This document shows positions 1-9,720 of a stretch of DNA of 64,000 nucleotides, piece by piece (the first letter of the stretch is position 1; every line of letters begins with the position of its first letter). The notes beneath the pieces are model-generated. The model was not told the origin of the DNA. It saw only the letters and a list, made by a program, of their open reading frames with translations, and ran no database searches. Location of the stretch: NCBI GenBank assembly GCA_963718525.1, contig OY970355.1, positions 256,001-320,000 of the forward strand, given 5' to 3'. This DNA comes from Candidatus Dormiibacterota bacterium. GTDB taxonomy: Bacteria > Chloroflexota > Dormibacteria > Aeolococcales > Aeolococcaceae. The position numbers and the translations under genes are program-made.

Positions 1-460
1 AGGTCTCCACCACGCTGTCGCCGGAGTACACCGACACCCGATCGTCTGCCACCTCGGCACGCCGCTCGCGCTGCGCAACGAGATCGACTGTGTGGCGGTC
101 GGTGACGAGGCGCGCGATCGGACGAAGCACGACGTCGCCAACCACCGGGCGGATCACGTCGAGGACCGACTGAGGTGGCATGTCGGGGGGCCCTGTGAAA
201 TCGGACTCCTCGCGGGACACGGCGTGGCCCACCATCCGGCTGCCGGCCTTGAGGGTCCATTTGCCGGGCTCGCCGGGCGCGCTGCGGTGGCGCAGGCCCA
301 AGCCGGCGCGGAGCAACGTCAGGTCGTCGGTGTCCCAATACGTTGCCGACAGCTCGACGGTGCCGCGATCCACCGCGTGCGTCCCCTCCACCACCCCGTC
401 GAGGTCGGGAAGCACGAAGTCAGGGCCGACCGGGATCTTGATCTCGCGTTCTTCTGGCAT
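1..460 (-). CDS. CYTH-domain protein (likely CYTH-CHAD), C-terminus beyond window edge
   Basis: Hand-translated from ATG at 460: MPEEREIKIPVGPDFVLPDL...ATYWDTDDLTLLRAGLGLRHR...WTLK. ExExK, YxDT and LRxR are CYTH motifs. Absent from the ORF track because it is open at the edge. Confidence 0.8.
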   Translation of the reverse strand, partial: MPEEREIKIPVGPDFVLPDLDGVVEGTHAVDRGTVELSATYWDTDDLTLLRAGLGLRHRSAPGEPGKWTLKAGSRMVGHAVSREESDFTGPPDMPPQSVLDVIRPVVGDVVLRPIARLVTDRHTVDLVAQRERRAEVADDRVSVYSGDSVVET

Positions 461-520
461 GGCCGATGACTCTAACCCGCCGCGCCTGGCGCCGAAGCGA
501 CCAACGGCACGCCGGTGCCA

Positions 521-1000
521 TCAGAGAAATTCCTCGAAGCCCGGCCATGCCGACACCATCTGGCGGCGCAACTCATCCGAGAGCGGGAGGTACGTCCCGG
601 TGGCCTCAGCAACCGCGCTGCCGTCGGGGAGGAGGACACGCCCCTCGGTGTGGAGCGCGCGGCGCATCAGACGGTTGATACGACCTTCGACACGAAGCTC
701 GGTGCCGAGCGGCGCAGCCCGCCGGAAGCGCACCTCGAGTCGACCGGTGACCACCCAGTGTCGATGCAGCGCCGAGCATCGCCCCATCGCGTCATCGAGC
801 ACTGCGCTGATGATGCCCCCATGGGCAAATCCCGGGAACCCGGCATGATCATCGCCCGGCGTCCAGCGGGTGAACACGAGGTTGCCCTCCAGCTCGTACT
901 GCAGGTGCAGTCCCGAAGGGTTGCGCAGACCGTGCACCCAGTTCTGCTGGAACTCACTGCGATCGTTGAGCCACGCCGGGTCGATGTCGTGGTTGATCAC
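521..1000 (-). CDS. PaaI-family hotdog-fold thioesterase
   Basis: NPSGL and GFPGFAHGGIISAVLDDAMG motifs; GTGA overlap with the serS stop. Confidence 0.85.
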   Translation of the reverse strand: MINHDIDPAWLNDRSEFQQNWVHGLRNPSGLHLQYELEGNLVFTRWTPGDDHAGFPGFAHGGIISAVLDDAMGRCSALHRHWVVTGRLEVRFRRAAPLGTELRVEGRINRLMRRALHTEGRVLLPDGSAVAEATGTYLPLSDELRRQMVSAWPGFEEFL

Positions 1001-2253
1001 GCTGGTGACAAGCGGTCGAGCCCACCGAGATACGCGCGCAGTGGTTCCGGGATGACGACACTCCCGTCAGCCTGCTGGTAGGTCTCGAGCAGCGCATCGA
1101 ATGTGCGCGGCACGCCGAGCGCGCTGCCGTTCAGCGTGTGCACGTGACGCGGCTTCTCTCCAGGCGAGGGACGGTAGCGAATGTGGGCGCGTCGCGCCTG
1201 GAAATCTGCGAACACCGAGCACGACGACACCTCGAGCCATTGCCGCATCCCGGGCGCCCAGACCTCGACGTCGTACTTCTTCCACTGCGCGAAGCCAAGG
1301 TCACCGCTGCACATGAGCAGGACCCGGTAGTGGAGGTCGAGCCGTTGCAGCACCTGCTCGGCGTGCGAGGTGATCAGCTCGAGCTCCTCCAGCGAAGCTT
1401 CGGGCGTGGTGAAGCGCACCATCTCGACCTTCTCGAACTGGTGCAGGCGGATGTACCCGCGCGTGTCCTTTCCCGCAGCGCCGGCCTCCCGCCGCCAGCA
1501 CGGGGTGAGCGCCACGTGCGCGATCGGCAGCTGCGCTCCCTCGAGAATCTCACCCGAATAGAGATTCGTGACCGGGACCTCTGCCGTGGGGATGAGAAAG
1601 AGCCCGTCGTCCACGTGATATGCCTCGTCCTCGAACTTCGGCAGCTGCGCGGTCCCGACCATCGCCTCACGGCGCACCAGGAATGGTGGTGCGATCTCGG
1701 TGTAGCCGTGCTCGCGGGCGACGTCGAGCATGAACGAGGTCAACGCACGCTGGAGCCGCGCACCGTCGCCGCGCAGCACCACGAAGCGCGAGCCGCTGAT
1801 CTTCACGGCTCGCTCGAAGTCGAACACGCCGAGACGCTCGCCGATGTCGTAATGCGGCAGCGGCTCGAATGCGAAGCTCGATGCATCGCCCCACGTGCGC
1901 GCGACTACATTGTCCTCGGGACCGCCGCCATCGGGAACACTCTCGTGCGGCGGATTCGGCACCTCCAGCAACAGTGCATCGAGGCGCTGGTCGAGCTCGG
2001 TGAGACGTGCCTCGCCGTCCTGGATGCGCTGCTTGAGCGCCGTCAGTGACGCACGCTGCTCGTCGGACGGCTTGCCTCGCAGAGCAGCCGACGCCGCGCG
2101 CTGCTCGGCGCGCGCCTGCTCGACGCTGGTGCGCAGAGTGCGGACCTCGGCGTCGAGAGCCAGGAGCTCGTCGATCGGCGCGGCCTCCCCTTTCCGGCGG
2201 GCGCCCTCGCGAACCGAGTCCGGGTCGTCGCGGATGCGCTGCAGCGACAGCAT
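997..2253 (-). CDS. serS: Serine--tRNA ligase
   Basis: N-terminal coiled coil, LIPTAEVP, RREAG..RLHQFEKVE, EVSSCS, HTLNGSAL. Confidence 0.97.
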   Translation of the reverse strand: MLSLQRIRDDPDSVREGARRKGEAAPIDELLALDAEVRTLRTSVEQARAEQRAASAALRGKPSDEQRASLTALKQRIQDGEARLTELDQRLDALLLEVPNPPHESVPDGGGPEDNVVARTWGDASSFAFEPLPHYDIGERLGVFDFERAVKISGSRFVVLRGDGARLQRALTSFMLDVAREHGYTEIAPPFLVRREAMVGTAQLPKFEDEAYHVDDGLFLIPTAEVPVTNLYSGEILEGAQLPIAHVALTPCWRREAGAAGKDTRGYIRLHQFEKVEMVRFTTPEASLEELELITSHAEQVLQRLDLHYRVLLMCSGDLGFAQWKKYDVEVWAPGMRQWLEVSSCSVFADFQARRAHIRYRPSPGEKPRHVHTLNGSALGVPRTFDALLETYQQADGSVVIPEPLRAYLGGLDRLSPA

Positions 2254-3794
2254 CAGCTGTCGCCGCGGTGCTGCGGGCGCATGGTGGGGAACAGCAACAC
2301 GTCGCGGATTGTCGCCGAGTTGGTGAGCACCATCACCAGCCGGTCGACGCCGACACCAAGCCCACCGGCAGGGGGCATGCCCACCTCGATCGCCTCGAGG
2401 AAGTCCTCATCGATGGGCGGGATCTCCGAGTCGCCGGCGGCCCGGAGGCGCGCCTGCTCTTCGAATCGTGCGCGCTGATCGATCGGATCGTTGAGCTCGC
2501 TGAAGGCGTTGGCCATCTCTCGTCCGGCAATGATCAGCTCGAATCGCTCGACGAAACGTGGATCCGCGCGATGACGCCGGGCGAGCGGGCTCACCTCGGC
2601 CGGGTAGTCGAGCACGAAGGTCGGATCCCACAGCTCGGCTTCGACGCGCTGCTCATAGATCTCGAGCAACACCGCGCCGGAACCGAGGTCGGGCGCAACC
2701 TCGACGCCGATCTCCGCGGCAACCTCGTGCATTCGGTCCCACGATGCACGCGCGTCGACGCCGGTATATTCGCGGACGAGGTCGACCATGGTCGCGGCTC
2801 GATACGGTGGCCGAAGATCGAGCGACCGTCCGAACACGGTGCGCAGCAAGGGGTCTTCGCACGGTGCGCTGCCACCCACTTCGGCTTCGGCCACCTGGGG
2901 TCCCGCAGCATTGGCGGCCGCCACGATCAGCGACTCGGTGAGCTCACGCATATCGTCGTAGGTGGCGTACGCCTGATACGCCTCGAGCATGGTGAACTCC
3001 GGGTTGTGCCGGGGTGAGAGTCCTTCGTTGCGAAAGACGCGACCGACCTCGTAGACGCGCGCGTAACCGCCGACGATCAGACGCTTGAGGTGCAGCTCGA
3101 TGGCGATGCGCAGGTACACGTCGGTGTGCAGTGCGTTCCAGTGGGTCTCGAAGGGCAGCGCATGACCGCCGCCAGGGATCGGCTGCAGGATGGGCGTCTC
3201 GACTTCGAGAAAGCCTCGCTGGTCAAGGGTTGCGCGCAGGGCGCGAATGACGCGCGTTCGGGTCGCGAAGTGCCTGCGCTGCGCGGCATTGCTGAGCAGG
3301 TCGAGGTAGCGCTTGCGGTACCGCGTCTCCTGGTCCTGGAGACCGTGAAACTTCTCCGGTGGCGCGTGCAGCGCCTTGACGAGCAAGGTGACCGTGTCGA
3401 CGAGCACGCTCGGTTCACCCCGTCGCGTGCGCGTGATCGGTCCCGTGATCCCGACGATGTCGCCGAGGTCGAGCATCTCCACCATCGCGTGGGCACCGCC
3501 GGGGCGATCAGCGCGAAACCACATCTGCAGGCGGCCGGTCTCGTCCTCGACGTGGGCGAATGCGGCACCGCCCAGGTCGCGCAGCTGCATGATCCGGCCG
3601 GCCACCGCCACAACGGGGCGGTCCGGTGCATCGACATCGGCGTCGGGGTGATCGGACTCATACGCAACCAGCAACCGGCGCGCCTCGTCCATGGTCGCGT
3701 TCGGCGCGAAGTCGACGCCGTAGGCCGGAATCCCGCGCGCGGCGAGCTCATCGACCTTGCGCCGGCGCTCCGCGGAGTGGTCGTCGGATGGCAT
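2253..3794 (-). CDS. lysS: Lysine--tRNA ligase (class II)
   Basis: OB-fold, RYRKRYLDL, YLRIAIELHLKRL, FRNEG..HNPEFTMLEAY, GMPPAGGLGVGVDRL. Confidence 0.97.
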   Translation of the reverse strand: MPSDDHSAERRRKVDELAARGIPAYGVDFAPNATMDEARRLLVAYESDHPDADVDAPDRPVVAVAGRIMQLRDLGGAAFAHVEDETGRLQMWFRADRPGGAHAMVEMLDLGDIVGITGPITRTRRGEPSVLVDTVTLLVKALHAPPEKFHGLQDQETRYRKRYLDLLSNAAQRRHFATRTRVIRALRATLDQRGFLEVETPILQPIPGGGHALPFETHWNALHTDVYLRIAIELHLKRLIVGGYARVYEVGRVFRNEGLSPRHNPEFTMLEAYQAYATYDDMRELTESLIVAAANAAGPQVAEAEVGGSAPCEDPLLRTVFGRSLDLRPPYRAATMVDLVREYTGVDARASWDRMHEVAAEIGVEVAPDLGSGAVLLEIYEQRVEAELWDPTFVLDYPAEVSPLARRHRADPRFVERFELIIAGREMANAFSELNDPIDQRARFEEQARLRAAGDSEIPPIDEDFLEAIEVGMPPAGGLGVGVDRLVMVLTNSATIRDVLLFPTMRPQHRGDS

Positions 3795-3851
3795 GCGGCC
3801 TATCTTCCCCGCCGGGGCGCGGTGCGTGCGCTTGACGCGCCCCGCACGACG

Positions 3852-4313
3852 CTAGTTGATCTTGACGATCTTGATCTGTCGCGATCCACCGGGGCTGACC
3901 ACGTCGACCGTGTCGCCCACGCTGTGACCGAGCAACGCCTTGCCGACCGGCAACTCCATCGAGATCCGCCCCTCGGCAACATCAACCTCCGCGGGGCCGA
4001 CAATCGTGAGCGTCTGTTTCCCGAAGTCATCCTTCACGTCGACGGTGGTGCCGACGCTCACGATGCCGCTCTCACTGCCCTCTTCGATGATCACGGCATT
4101 GCGGAGCATGTTCTCAATCACGAGGATGCGACCCTCGAGCATTCCCTGCTCGTTCTTCGCCTCGTCGTATTCGGCATTCTCCGAGATATCGCCGAAGTCC
4201 TTGGCGTACTTGATGCGCTCGGCCACCTCGGAGCGACGAACCGTGCGCAATTCCTCCAATTCGTGTTCAAGCTTCACGAGACCGTCTCGCGTCAGCAATA
4301 CAGGTTTGTCCAT
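3852..4313 (-). CDS. greA: Transcription elongation factor GreA
   Basis: GDISENAEYDEAK and ISMELPVGKALLG motifs. Confidence 0.97.
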   Translation of the reverse strand: MDKPVLLTRDGLVKLEHELEELRTVRRSEVAERIKYAKDFGDISENAEYDEAKNEQGMLEGRILVIENMLRNAVIIEEGSESGIVSVGTTVDVKDDFGKQTLTIVGPAEVDVAEGRISMELPVGKALLGHSVGDTVDVVSPGGSRQIKIVKIN

Positions 4314-4425
4314 TCAATTCCCTGGGTAATGCAAAGTTGGCGGAGTATTCGGCGGCCTCCGCTCTGCGGAGCCCGGAGTATAGGCGAGCCACTTACAACG
4401 CTGCGTAACAACTTGTCGTTATTCC

Positions 4426-4454
4426 TTGACGGAATTGGCTCTGGTTCATATGAT
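4426..4454 (+). promoter_or_regulatory. Near-consensus sigma70-type promoter TTGACG-N17-TATGAT
   Basis: TTGACG at 4426-4431, 17-nt spacer, TATGAT at 4449-4454. No credible + strand CDS follows. Confidence 0.75.
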
Positions 4455-4460
4455 CCGCAG

Positions 4461-4537
4461 CGAGGTCGCGGCGGGACCTCTTTTACTGCCCCCCCTCTCG
4501 GGGCGTCTCTGGTTTCCAGAGGCGCCCTTCTTCTTTT
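4461..4537 (+). ncRNA. Candidate small RNA (~77 nt): hairpin, C-rich linker, intrinsic terminator
   Basis: Lies just downstream of the promoter. GAGGTC/GACCTC hairpin at 4462-4480, linker TTTTACTGCCCCCCCTCTC, then terminator. No family assigned. Confidence 0.55.
4501..4537 (+). terminator. Rho-independent terminator
   Basis: 12-bp stem GGGCGTCTCTGG / CCAGAGGCGCCC (one G-U pair) followed by TTCTTCTTTT on the + strand. Confidence 0.8.
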
Positions 4538-4542
4538 CCCGT

Positions 4543-5583
4543 CTAACCCTCGCCGCTGACGAACAGGGGGCGGAACCAACCTTCGGGATGCGGTCCCGCC
4601 GCAAGCGCGCGGCCGAGCAGCGCGTCGAGCAACTCCCGCGTGTCCATCGTCTGGACCTCGGCGCGAAGCCGCGCGGCCCCCGCGCATCCGCGGATCGTCC
4701 AGGCGACATATTTGCGGCCGATGCGCAGCGCACGCGGTTCGCCGTGGTACGCGCAGAGCATGTCGAGGTGGCGTCGAGCCAGCGCGACGCGTTCGGGAAA
4801 CTCGAGGTCGGGCAGGATCGTGCCGGTCGCGAGTCGATGGACCGCCTGGCGGACGAACCAGAAGTTGCCGAGCATGCCGCGAGCGATCACCACCCCGTCG
4901 ACCATTCCCAACTCGATGCGCCGGGCAAGGGTGTCCACGTCCTCGACATCACCGCTGCCGAACACAGGGACGCCCACCGCCTCCTTCACCCGCGCGATCT
5001 GCGCCCAGTCGGCTGCTCCCTCGTACTTCTGACAGCGGGTCCGGCCGTGCACGGTCACCGCAGCGGCCCCAACGTCCTCGAGCGCGCGGGCGAGCTCGGG
5101 GGCATTGATCGTGGACGCGTCCCAGCCTATGCGCATCTTCACGGTGACGGGGACCGGGACCGCCTCCACCATCGCCGCGACCACCCTCGAGGTCGCCCGC
5201 ACGTCGCGGGCGAGGGCGGCGCCGCTTCCCCGGCTCACCACCTTCGGGACCGGGCACCCGAGGTTGATGTCGACGAGCACCGCCCCGCGCTCGACGCAGA
5301 CCTGAGCCGCATCCGCCATCACGGCGGGATCGGATCCGACCAGCTGGGCTGCCACCGGCGAGACCCCGGCGGGGAAGTCGAGGAGATGGAGGGCTGCCTC
5401 GGTACTTCGAACCACCGCCTCGGCGGCGACCATCTCCGTGGAAACCAGCCCCGCGCCGAACTCGCGGCACAACTCCCGGCACGGGGCGTCGGTGATCCCC
5501 ACCATCGGCGCCACCAGGATCGGTGACGAGAGTTCGAGGCCGCCGATCTCGAGGGGACGGAGCGCAGTCGCAGCGAGAGCCAT
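4543..5583 (-). CDS. dusB: tRNA-dihydrouridine synthase DusB
   Basis: APMVGITD, DINLGCP, VTVKMRIGW, TVHGRT motifs. Confidence 0.93.
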   Translation of the reverse strand: MALAATALRPLEIGGLELSSPILVAPMVGITDAPCRELCREFGAGLVSTEMVAAEAVVRSTEAALHLLDFPAGVSPVAAQLVGSDPAVMADAAQVCVERGAVLVDINLGCPVPKVVSRGSGAALARDVRATSRVVAAMVEAVPVPVTVKMRIGWDASTINAPELARALEDVGAAAVTVHGRTRCQKYEGAADWAQIARVKEAVGVPVFGSGDVEDVDTLARRIELGMVDGVVIARGMLGNFWFVRQAVHRLATGTILPDLEFPERVALARRHLDMLCAYHGEPRALRIGRKYVAWTIRGCAGAARLRAEVQTMDTRELLDALLGRALAAGPHPEGWFRPLFVSGEG

Positions 5584-5614
5584 CGCCCCATGGTACGGGG
5601 AGGGCCGGCTCGCC

Positions 5615-6379
5615 TCAGCGATTCTGCTCGTGGATCAGACGGAGCCCGTGGAGTGTGAGCCGCTCGTCGACGACGTCGATTGCGGGGATGAGCCGTGCGA
5701 GCGCGGGTGCCAGTCCACCGGTGGCGATCACCTTGGGCTGACCCTCCATCTCCCGACGGAACCGCCCCACCAGGCCTTCGACGAGGCCGACGTAGCCGAA
5801 GACGATGCCGGACTGCATGCTCGCGGTGGTCGAGTGGCCGATCGCTTCAACTGGAGCGACAAGCTCGACCCGGATGAGCATCGCGGCATGGCTCACCAGG
5901 GCGTCGTGACTGAGCTGGATCCCGGGGGCGATCGCGCCTCCCATGTAGTCCCCCTTCGCATCGATTGCATCGAAGGTCGTTGCCGTGCCGAAGTCCACCA
6001 GGATGCAGGGACCGCCGTAGAGGTCGTGGGCCGCGATCGCGTTGGCGATCCTGTCGGCCCCGACCCGGCGAGGGTCGTCGTACTGGATGCGGATGCCAGT
6101 CCGGGTGCCAGGCCCGACCACCATCGGCGCCGTATCGAAGTAGGTGTGGGAAAGTTCGTCGATGCTCCGCGCGAGCGTGGGAACCACGCTGCTGACCACG
6201 ACGGCGGTGACCTGCGCTGCAGCCAGGTCGCGGCGTCCGAGGAGGTCCACGAGAACAAGACCCAGCTCATCCCCGGTGAACCGGTCGTCGGTGTGGATCC
6301 GGAAGTCGGTGATCAGCGTGTCGCCGTCGAAAACCCCCACGACGATGTTGGTATTCCCGACGTCGATCGCGAGCAGCAT
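5615..6379 (-). CDS. coaX: Type III pantothenate kinase
   Basis: MLLAIDVGNTN, GADRIAN, VDFGTATT, ATGG. Start placed at ATG 6379. Confidence 0.95.
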   Translation of the reverse strand: MLLAIDVGNTNIVVGVFDGDTLITDFRIHTDDRFTGDELGLVLVDLLGRRDLAAAQVTAVVVSSVVPTLARSIDELSHTYFDTAPMVVGPGTRTGIRIQYDDPRRVGADRIANAIAAHDLYGGPCILVDFGTATTFDAIDAKGDYMGGAIAPGIQLSHDALVSHAAMLIRVELVAPVEAIGHSTTASMQSGIVFGYVGLVEGLVGRFRREMEGQPKVIATGGLAPALARLIPAIDVVDERLTLHGLRLIHEQNR

Positions 6380-6406
6380 GGCGGCGAGTGTAGGCATCAT
6401 CGCGCC

Positions 6407-7270
6407 GTGATCGCGCTCCTCGACATCGGAGGCACCAAGATCGCGGCCGCCGCAGGTCGCGGCACCGCCATCGGGATGGTCCGGCGCATCGCGACTCCCA
6501 TCGACTCGCCGCTCACGACGCTGCGGAGCCTTGTCGAGGGGGTGATGGGCGGCGTTCTCCCGGAAGCGATCGCGATCTCGGCACCCGGCCCGTTCGACCG
6601 CGCCTCGGGCGCGCTCCGCAACCCGCCGGGCATGCCCGCGTCATGGCACGGCCTCGAGATGGCGTACCTCCTCGGTCAGCGCTTCGACTGCCCGGTGGTC
6701 GTGGAGAACGATGCGAATTGCGCCGCGATCGCAGAGGCGCGAATCGGCGCCGGGGCCGGACATCCCACCGTTGTGTACTGGACCGTCTCGACGGGCATCG
6801 GATGCGGCGTCGTGCGCGACGGGCGGCTCGTCGTGGGACGGCACGACACCGAGGGCGGCCACATCGTGCTGTGGCCGTCGTGGCTCGGCGGTCCACCCTG
6901 CCACTGTGGCGGTGCGGGGTGCCTCGAGGCGCTGGCGAGTGGACGGGCGATCGCCCGGCGCTACGGAGTTGCCGCGGAGCATCTCAACGACCCGGAAGCA
7001 TGGGCCGAGATCGGCCGCTGGCTGGGGCTCGCGACAGTGAACGTCACGGCCCTCCATGACCCCGATGTGGTGATCTTCGGTGGCGGGGTGTGCGCGAGTT
7101 GGAGCCGGCTCTCGCCCGCTCTCTTCGAGACCGTGGAGCGCTCCCTGCGCCTCCAGACGCCGCCTGAGATCACTCGCGGCTCGCTGGGTGAGGACCGATC
7201 ACTGCTGGGTGCGCTGCTGATCGCCGAGGACAGCGGTGAGGATCCGGCGAGACTGCTGACGGCGCGGTAG
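6407..7270 (+). CDS. ROK-family sugar kinase
   Basis: DIGGTK, ENDANCAA, STGIG, EGGH, CHCGGAGCLE. Start placed at GTG 6407 within ORF 5438..7270. Confidence 0.9.
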   Translation: MIALLDIGGTKIAAAAGRGTAIGMVRRIATPIDSPLTTLRSLVEGVMGGVLPEAIAISAPGPFDRASGALRNPPGMPASWHGLEMAYLLGQRFDCPVVVENDANCAAIAEARIGAGAGHPTVVYWTVSTGIGCGVVRDGRLVVGRHDTEGGHIVLWPSWLGGPPCHCGGAGCLEALASGRAIARRYGVAAEHLNDPEAWAEIGRWLGLATVNVTALHDPDVVIFGGGVCASWSRLSPALFETVERSLRLQTPPEITRGSLGEDRSLLGALLIAEDSGEDPARLLTAR

Positions 7271-7279
7271 GCTGCGCCG

Positions 7280-8128
7280 ATGCCATCGGTCCACCTGGTG
7301 TGCGACAGCACCGCCGACCTTGACCCCGCGTTTCGCGACGCGCACACGGTCCGAGTGGTGCCGCTCAAGGTGATCTTCGGTGATCAGACCTACGCGGACG
7401 GTGTGGACATCACCGCCGGAGAGTTCTACGCCCGTCTGGCCGCGCCCGGCCCGTTTCCGCGGACCTCCCAGCCGACGCCCTCCGAGTTCGAGGAGGTCTT
7501 CCGGGAACTGGGGGCCGACGGCGTCCCCATCGTCTGCACGACCATCTCCGCCGACCTCAGCGGCACGTACGCCTCGGCAACCCAGGCACGCGCCGCGCTC
7601 CCTGAGCTCGACATCCGCGTGATCGATACCCGCAGCGTCGCGGTCGGCCATTACGCGCCCGTTCGGGAAGCGGTGCGGGTGATCGAGGCCGGCGGTGACG
7701 CCGACGCCGTCGAGGCAGCCGTCAGCGCGGTGCTCAGCACCGACAGGGTGCTCTTCACCGTCGAGACCCTCGAGTTCCTGCGCCGCGGCGGGCGCATCGG
7801 CGGCGCGCGTGCGTTGCTCGGCTCGATGCTCGATATCAAGCCGATCCTCGAGATCCGCGAGGGCGCGATCGAGGCGGTCGGGCGGGTCCGGACCTACCCG
7901 CGGGCGATCGACCGGGTCGTCGAGGAATGCAGACGAGCCGCCGACGCCTGGGGTGGCGCCGAGCTCGTCATCGCCCACGCCGACCGGCCGTCGATCGCCG
8001 CGGAGCTGGTCGAGCGGATGCGCCCGCTGGTGTCGGGCGAGCCGGCCCTGACGGTGGTCGGCCCGGTGGTCGGCTGCCACAGCGGACCTGGCGCGATCGG
8101 CGTTGGGTTCCACAAACCACTGACCTGA
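7280..8128 (+). CDS. DegV-family fatty-acid-binding protein
   Basis: DSTAD, TSQP, ISADLSGTY, LRRGGRIG, HSGPGAIG. Confidence 0.93.
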   Translation: MPSVHLVCDSTADLDPAFRDAHTVRVVPLKVIFGDQTYADGVDITAGEFYARLAAPGPFPRTSQPTPSEFEEVFRELGADGVPIVCTTISADLSGTYASATQARAALPELDIRVIDTRSVAVGHYAPVREAVRVIEAGGDADAVEAAVSAVLSTDRVLFTVETLEFLRRGGRIGGARALLGSMLDIKPILEIREGAIEAVGRVRTYPRAIDRVVEECRRAADAWGGAELVIAHADRPSIAAELVERMRPLVSGEPALTVVGPVVGCHSGPGAIGVGFHKPLT

Positions 8129-8214
8129 GCCAGTGGCCGTTCCAGATTCTCTCAATTGCGGCCCGCCGGGGTAGCATTGCCGCTCAGGTTGAACGCGTGA
8201 GAGAGATCGCCACT

Positions 8215-8901
8215 GTGATTGCAACGACCGATCGAGAAGCGGTCCAGGGCGCAGACCTCGACGAAGCCGGACGGAGGGTCCAGATCGTCCGCGCTGCCGC
8301 CGCGGTGCTCGGCCGCCAGGGCTATGCAGAGACGTCACTCAAAGACGTTGCTCGCGCGGCCGGGGTGGCGCCCGGACTCCTCCACTACTACTTCAACTCC
8401 AAGGAGGACCTGCTCCTGGAGGTGGTGGTGGTCACCGAGCGCGAGATGCTCGCCAACTGGAAGGCGGTGGTCGAGGCGGTCGAGGATCCCCTCGAACGCA
8501 TCGTCACCGGACTCGACCACGCCGAAGCGCGCTGCGCCGATCAGCCGGAGTTCTTCCGCCTGCTCCTCGATCTCTACACGGTCAGCCTCAGCAGCCCCGC
8601 ATTGAGGGTTCGGTGCGCGGCGCTCCGAACCCATCTCATCGACGAGGTCGAGATCGAGGTTCGGCAGGTGTTCGGGCGCTTGCCAGCGTATTCGCTGGTC
8701 TCCCCTCGCGAGCTCGCCGGCGCGATCCTGAGCGCCATCGACGGGATCGCGCTCTCGGGCCTGGTGGTCCAGCAGCCGGCCGCCGCCCCCTTCCATGCCC
8801 TGAAGGTGCTGCTCCTCTCGCTGGTGGTCACCGCGTACGTCACCTCCGGGCAGGAGCCCCCAATCGCGCGCCTCGGAGAGATGCTCAGCCGCCACCCCTG
8901 A
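8215..8901 (+). CDS. TetR/AcrR-family regulator
   Basis: HTH GYAETSLKDVARAAGVAPGLLHYYFNSKEDLL. Start placed at GTG 8215. Confidence 0.9.
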   Translation: MIATTDREAVQGADLDEAGRRVQIVRAAAAVLGRQGYAETSLKDVARAAGVAPGLLHYYFNSKEDLLLEVVVVTEREMLANWKAVVEAVEDPLERIVTGLDHAEARCADQPEFFRLLLDLYTVSLSSPALRVRCAALRTHLIDEVEIEVRQVFGRLPAYSLVSPRELAGAILSAIDGIALSGLVVQQPAAAPFHALKVLLLSLVVTAYVTSGQEPPIARLGEMLSRHP

Positions 8902-8913
8902 GGCAGGCGGCGA

Positions 8914-9693
8914 TCAACTTGCGCCGACCTGGAGTGGAGGGAGCAGTGCCACGGTCGCGCCGATCGGGCCCGGCTCCTCGCCCTCGGCGCGGCCCCAGAA
9001 GCGCGAGAAGCGACCGTCGTAGCCGACCGCGAGACCTCCGTGAAACGCGATGGGCGCCTCATCCCAATGCGGGGTATGTCCATGAACGACCCGTCGAACG
9101 CCGAAGTGCTCGAGGTAGCGCTGCAGGCGTGCGGGGTCGTCGAAGCCGTGCCGTCCGATCGTGTAGCGAAGCGACTGAAAGGCCCCGCCGCGGGTCGCGA
9201 GCCAGGCACGGACCGCGGCATTGACCTCTGCGACGGTGGCGCCGATCTCCGCATAGCGGTCGTCGTCGGTGTGCTGCGCAAGGGTCCCGTCATCGATCTC
9301 GACGAGGAAGGGGAGCGCCCGCAGCCATGCCTCCAGTTCGGCATCCGACACCACCGCGTCGAGGTCCGCCCAGTCGCCGCGGCGGCTCAGCCAGAGATCC
9401 TCGATGCTCAGCCCGTCGCGGGTGCGCCAGGCTCCGAGCTGGTCGGGACCCCGCGAGCGCTCGACCATGACGAGCAGGAAGAGATCGTGGTTGCCGAGCA
9501 CCGAGCGTGCGTTGCGGCGCTCCATGGCGAGCTTCGCGGCGGCCGCTCCGCCGCCTGCCCCGGGCTCGCCGCCCTGAAAGAAGTCACCGAGGAAGACGGT
9601 GTCGACCTGGTCCTCGGGGAAGGGCTGGAGCGCCTCTCGGAGCCGGTCGACGTCGCCCTGGACGTCGCCGACGATCAGGGTGGGCCGGGTCAC
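8914..9693 (-). CDS. Calcineurin-like metallophosphoesterase
   Basis: GDVQG, LGD, GNHD, HGHT motifs. Confidence 0.85.
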   Translation of the reverse strand: MTRPTLIVGDVQGDVDRLREALQPFPEDQVDTVFLGDFFQGGEPGAGGGAAAAKLAMERRNARSVLGNHDLFLLVMVERSRGPDQLGAWRTRDGLSIEDLWLSRRGDWADLDAVVSDAELEAWLRALPFLVEIDDGTLAQHTDDDRYAEIGATVAEVNAAVRAWLATRGGAFQSLRYTIGRHGFDDPARLQRYLEHFGVRRVVHGHTPHWDEAPIAFHGGLAVGYDGRFSRFWGRAEGEEPGPIGATVALLPPLQVGAS

Positions 9694-9720
9694 CCCATCA
9701 GGATACGAGCGCGCACGCGC

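Noticed and set aside
5438-6406. Long N-terminal extension on the ROK protein
   Set aside because: Antisense shadow of coaX; the ROK motif starts at GTG 6407.
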